Origin: Terriglobia bacterium
GTDB taxonomy: Bacteria; Acidobacteriota; Terriglobia; Acidiferrales; UBA7541
Length of the DNA: 64,000 nucleotides
NCBI GenBank assembly: GCA_963695545.1
Contig: OY968796.1
Coordinates: 2,912,001 to 2,976,000 of the forward strand
Reading direction: 5' to 3'
Position numbers and translations under genes: made by a program
Shown: positions 61,334 to 64,000 of the stretch, in pieces
Layout of the letters: the number at the start of each line of letters is the position of its first letter
Position numbering within the stretch: position 1 is the stretch's first letter
The notes under the pieces: generated by a model
Told to the model about the DNA's origin: nothing
Databases searched by the model: none
What the model saw: only the letters and a program-made list of their open reading frames with translations

Positions 61334-63178
61334 TCATCGAATGCGAATCGAAATCGTCGTCGATCCGGAAACCACTTCCTCCATCGGCACGGACCATTCG
61401 CCGGCGGTCGAATCGTGCAGCGTGAGCGCCGTGCCCGTGCCCGGCCGCCCGTCGAGCACGTTCATCTCGTCGAGCGGCGCGTTCGGCAGAATCTTGTCCT
61501 CGATCAAGAGCGTCGGATTGGTGTCCAGCAGCGCGACGTACAGAAAATTGTCGCGCCGCTCGCGGTTCAGCGTGGCGATCAGTTGCTCGAGGCTGTTCAA
61601 TCGGCCCAGCCCCGTGGCCGCGAACGGATTCGTGCGCCGATCGAGCGTCGAGGAGTCGCTCACCAGAATTTGCATCGTCGTGCCCGGCGTCGCTTGCGGC
61701 GGAATCGTGATGGCCACGTCGCGAATCACCGCCGGGCCGCGATACGGATGCAGCAGCACCTTGATGCCCACCGATTCGCCCGGCTGCGCCTCGGTTTTTT
61801 CCGCCCACGCGCCGGCGATCGTGGCCATGCGCCGGTCCGGCAGGCTCTCAAGACTCAGATGAATGTCGTGGATGTGCGGCAATTCATAGGGGTTTGAGAA
61901 AACTTCCGCGAACGCACTCTGCACCGTGGCCGCCACGTACGCGCCGTCGGGAATCAGTGCATCCGTCGGAGCGAACATGTGATCGAGATGCACGGCCGTG
62001 TGGCCGTCGATATCGATCGTGGCCGTCAGACGCAGCGTGGTGCCTTCGCTGTACACCGCGTTCTGCGTCAATCCGTTCAGCGTCGCCAGTCCCACCAGGA
62101 TCGGCGTCAGCTTGGGGTCCGAGGCCACCTCGAAATGAAATTCCTTTTTTCCGCCGGGCGTCGAAAGCTCCAGTTCCACCGGCACCATCGCCGCCGTCGC
62201 GCCCAGGCGCCCGGAAATTTCGCTCACCACGTCGCTATCGATCGTGCCGATCGCGCCGCCCACGTTCACGATTTTCGTGGACTCATATTCGGAAGCCAGC
62301 GTGGTCACCACACGCGCGCGCGCCATCGGCAGCGATATCGAGCCGAAACCAAAAAGCGGATGGCCGCACGCGAACACGCGATCGCTCACGATCATCGTCA
62401 CCGTGCACGCCGCGTCGATCGAAAGGTCGCCCTTGATCAGCGTCACCCCGACCATGTCGCCCGGCACAATTTTCGCGTCGTCCGGTTGCGCCGCGGCCGT
62501 GCCGCCCTGCACCGATTCCAGGCCGAATTGCGCCATCTGCCCCGAATACGCGCGAACCGATTCGGCGCTGAATCCGGAAAATACCAGCGGCGCGGCGATC
62601 GGCTCCAGAAAATCGCCTTGAGCGTCCGTAGCAGCGCGCGCGGAAACCCATTGGCGCGGCAAATCGTAGTGCTGGTTATTGTCCACCTCGGGCCGCGACG
62701 CGCCACCACCAGCGTCAGCCGAACCGCTGCCGGCCGCCGGAGTCGCTACCGGAGCCTCTGTTGGAGCGGCGCTCAGCATATTTTGGATCGGCGTCACGCC
62801 CGCGAGCGGCTCCTTCGAGAACACCCCAAGTTTCAGCGAAAGCGCCCCCGCAAGTTTTCCCTCGATATAAACCGGGCTGCCGCTCATCCCTGCGACGACG
62901 CCCGTGTGCTCGACTTTCGGCCCCTTCAACTGCACAAGAATAATGTCCTGCTTCGGCCCCAGAAAATTTGGCAACACCCCGATCACATCCAGGTCCATCG
63001 ATTCGATCTGATCCCCCGCGAAGATCGTGTAGGCCACGCCCGTCATCCCCGGTTTCACCTGAGCGAGCGGAAAAATGTCCGGCGCATCGCCAGCGGCAAG
63101 AGACAGTGCGCCGCCCGCGAGAAGCGCCACGAGAAAAAGTGAACGAGCGGCGCGTGAACCGAATCGAACCTTGTGCAT
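61334..63178 (-). CDS. SpoIVB peptidase S55 domain protein
   Basis: VKPGM.G..YT, AGMSGSPVY..GKL.GA, GVTPI..M motifs. Confidence 0.88.
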   Translation of the reverse strand: MHKVRFGSRAARSLFLVALLAGGALSLAAGDAPDIFPLAQVKPGMTGVAYTIFAGDQIESMDLDVIGVLPNFLGPKQDIILVQLKGPKVEHTGVVAGMSGSPVYIEGKLAGALSLKLGVFSKEPLAGVTPIQNMLSAAPTEAPVATPAAGSGSADAGGGASRPEVDNNQHYDLPRQWVSARAATDAQGDFLEPIAAPLVFSGFSAESVRAYSGQMAQFGLESVQGGTAAAQPDDAKIVPGDMVGVTLIKGDLSIDAACTVTMIVSDRVFACGHPLFGFGSISLPMARARVVTTLASEYESTKIVNVGGAIGTIDSDVVSEISGRLGATAAMVPVELELSTPGGKKEFHFEVASDPKLTPILVGLATLNGLTQNAVYSEGTTLRLTATIDIDGHTAVHLDHMFAPTDALIPDGAYVAATVQSAFAEVFSNPYELPHIHDIHLSLESLPDRRMATIAGAWAEKTEAQPGESVGIKVLLHPYRGPAVIRDVAITIPPQATPGTTMQILVSDSSTLDRRTNPFAATGLGRLNSLEQLIATLNRERRDNFLYVALLDTNPTLLIEDKILPNAPLDEMNVLDGRPGTGTALTLHDSTAGEWSVPMEEVVSGSTTISIRIR

Positions 63179-63384
63179 GATTTGAATAATTCTAACGAGA
63201 CGCATGAATCACCGATGATACCGCGCGCGTTAAGCGCGAATCAAATGCGCGGCCCACCGGAGTTCCAGGAGTTGTTCCGGCGCACAAACACAGATGCGCG
63301 CGGCGTTCGCGGCGTTGCCGGGGCGGACGCGTCCGCGCTGGATTTCCCCCGTGGCCAAACGAGATATCCTCCCGACGAGCCCCG

Positions 63385-63810
63385 TTTCGAATGAATTTCC
63401 ACAGCCTATTCGAATAACCCACAAGTAATCGTTGACTGCTAGTTTGCAAGTCTGCTATCATTCAGCATGAGTTGCAAACGCCCGCCCTCGCCCCTGTCAG
63501 GGTCCCGGCCCATTCCTCGGGCGTCGGGGTTTCCGCATGCAGGAGCCGGAGCCTGCCTGCCGGCAGGCAGGCTTGTCTCCGCCCGCTTTTCCATCCCTGC
63601 CAAACATGATCGATACAATCCAATCGAGCCGCACTTATCTGCGCAAAAGTGCCCCTCCAACCCTTTTATTTTCAGCGGATTGCAAAAGAGTGCGTATCTC
63701 GTTGAAAATAATCGCGATCAAGTGGCTTTATCTTCACACTCATCCGCACTCTTTCGCCGCATCCACTTTATTTTCAATATTTTAACAAAAACATACCGGG
63801 GGTATATATA
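63385..63810 (+). repeat. Dispersed promoter-bearing element, copy C4
   Basis: Two TTCGAA boxes; TTGACT(63432)-N18-TATCAT(63456); ATG 63467; ends AAAACATACCGGGGGTATATA. Confidence 0.85.
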
Positions 63811-64000
63811 CGTCTCACCGACCGCCGACCTAAGACATTACTTGAAGTTTGCGCGCCTCTACCCGGAAACCTCGGCCCATCAATCCCTTACGGCGCCTCA
63901 TTCGCGGCGACGCGATCGCCGCAGCGCGAGCAGCGCCAGCAACTCGCCAATGCCACTCGCCCCGCCCGCAGAGCCACCCGCGCGGCATGCTAAGATTCCC

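Overview
GC-rich bacterial chromosome segment. The gene content (paired OmpA, DUF1800/DUF1501, stand-alone PilZ genes, SpoIVB S55 peptidase) suggests Acidobacteriota; this is inferred, not tested. Core content: a reductive pyrimidine-degradation cluster (hydA, preT, preA, NCS1 transporter, aldehyde dehydrogenase, and a frameshifted class-III aminotransferase and beta-ureidopropionase), a K+-independent H+-pyrophosphatase, ligA, a beta-CASP/MBL nuclease back to back with an unusually long (~547 nt) RNase P RNA, and assorted enzymes. Two structures stand out. (1) A dispersed 270-450 bp element occurs four times (~18.8, 35.8, 44.0 and 63.6 kb). Each copy has a TTCGAA box, a sigma70 promoter, a start codon exactly 5 nt after the -10 box, IHF-like boxes and a shared ACC(C)GGGG-TRTA end. 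The reading frame stays open through every copy and, in all three checkable cases, runs in frame into the next same-strand gene. (2) A ~6.4 kb accessory array downstream of rnpB (44.3-50.65 kb) holds short co-oriented genes separated by two families of palindromic sites: a ~116 bp GGCGGG...CCCGCC element and a 72 bp attC-like site with a non-integron consensus. No integrase or transposase was recognised in the window. All family assignments come from reading motifs; no searches were run.
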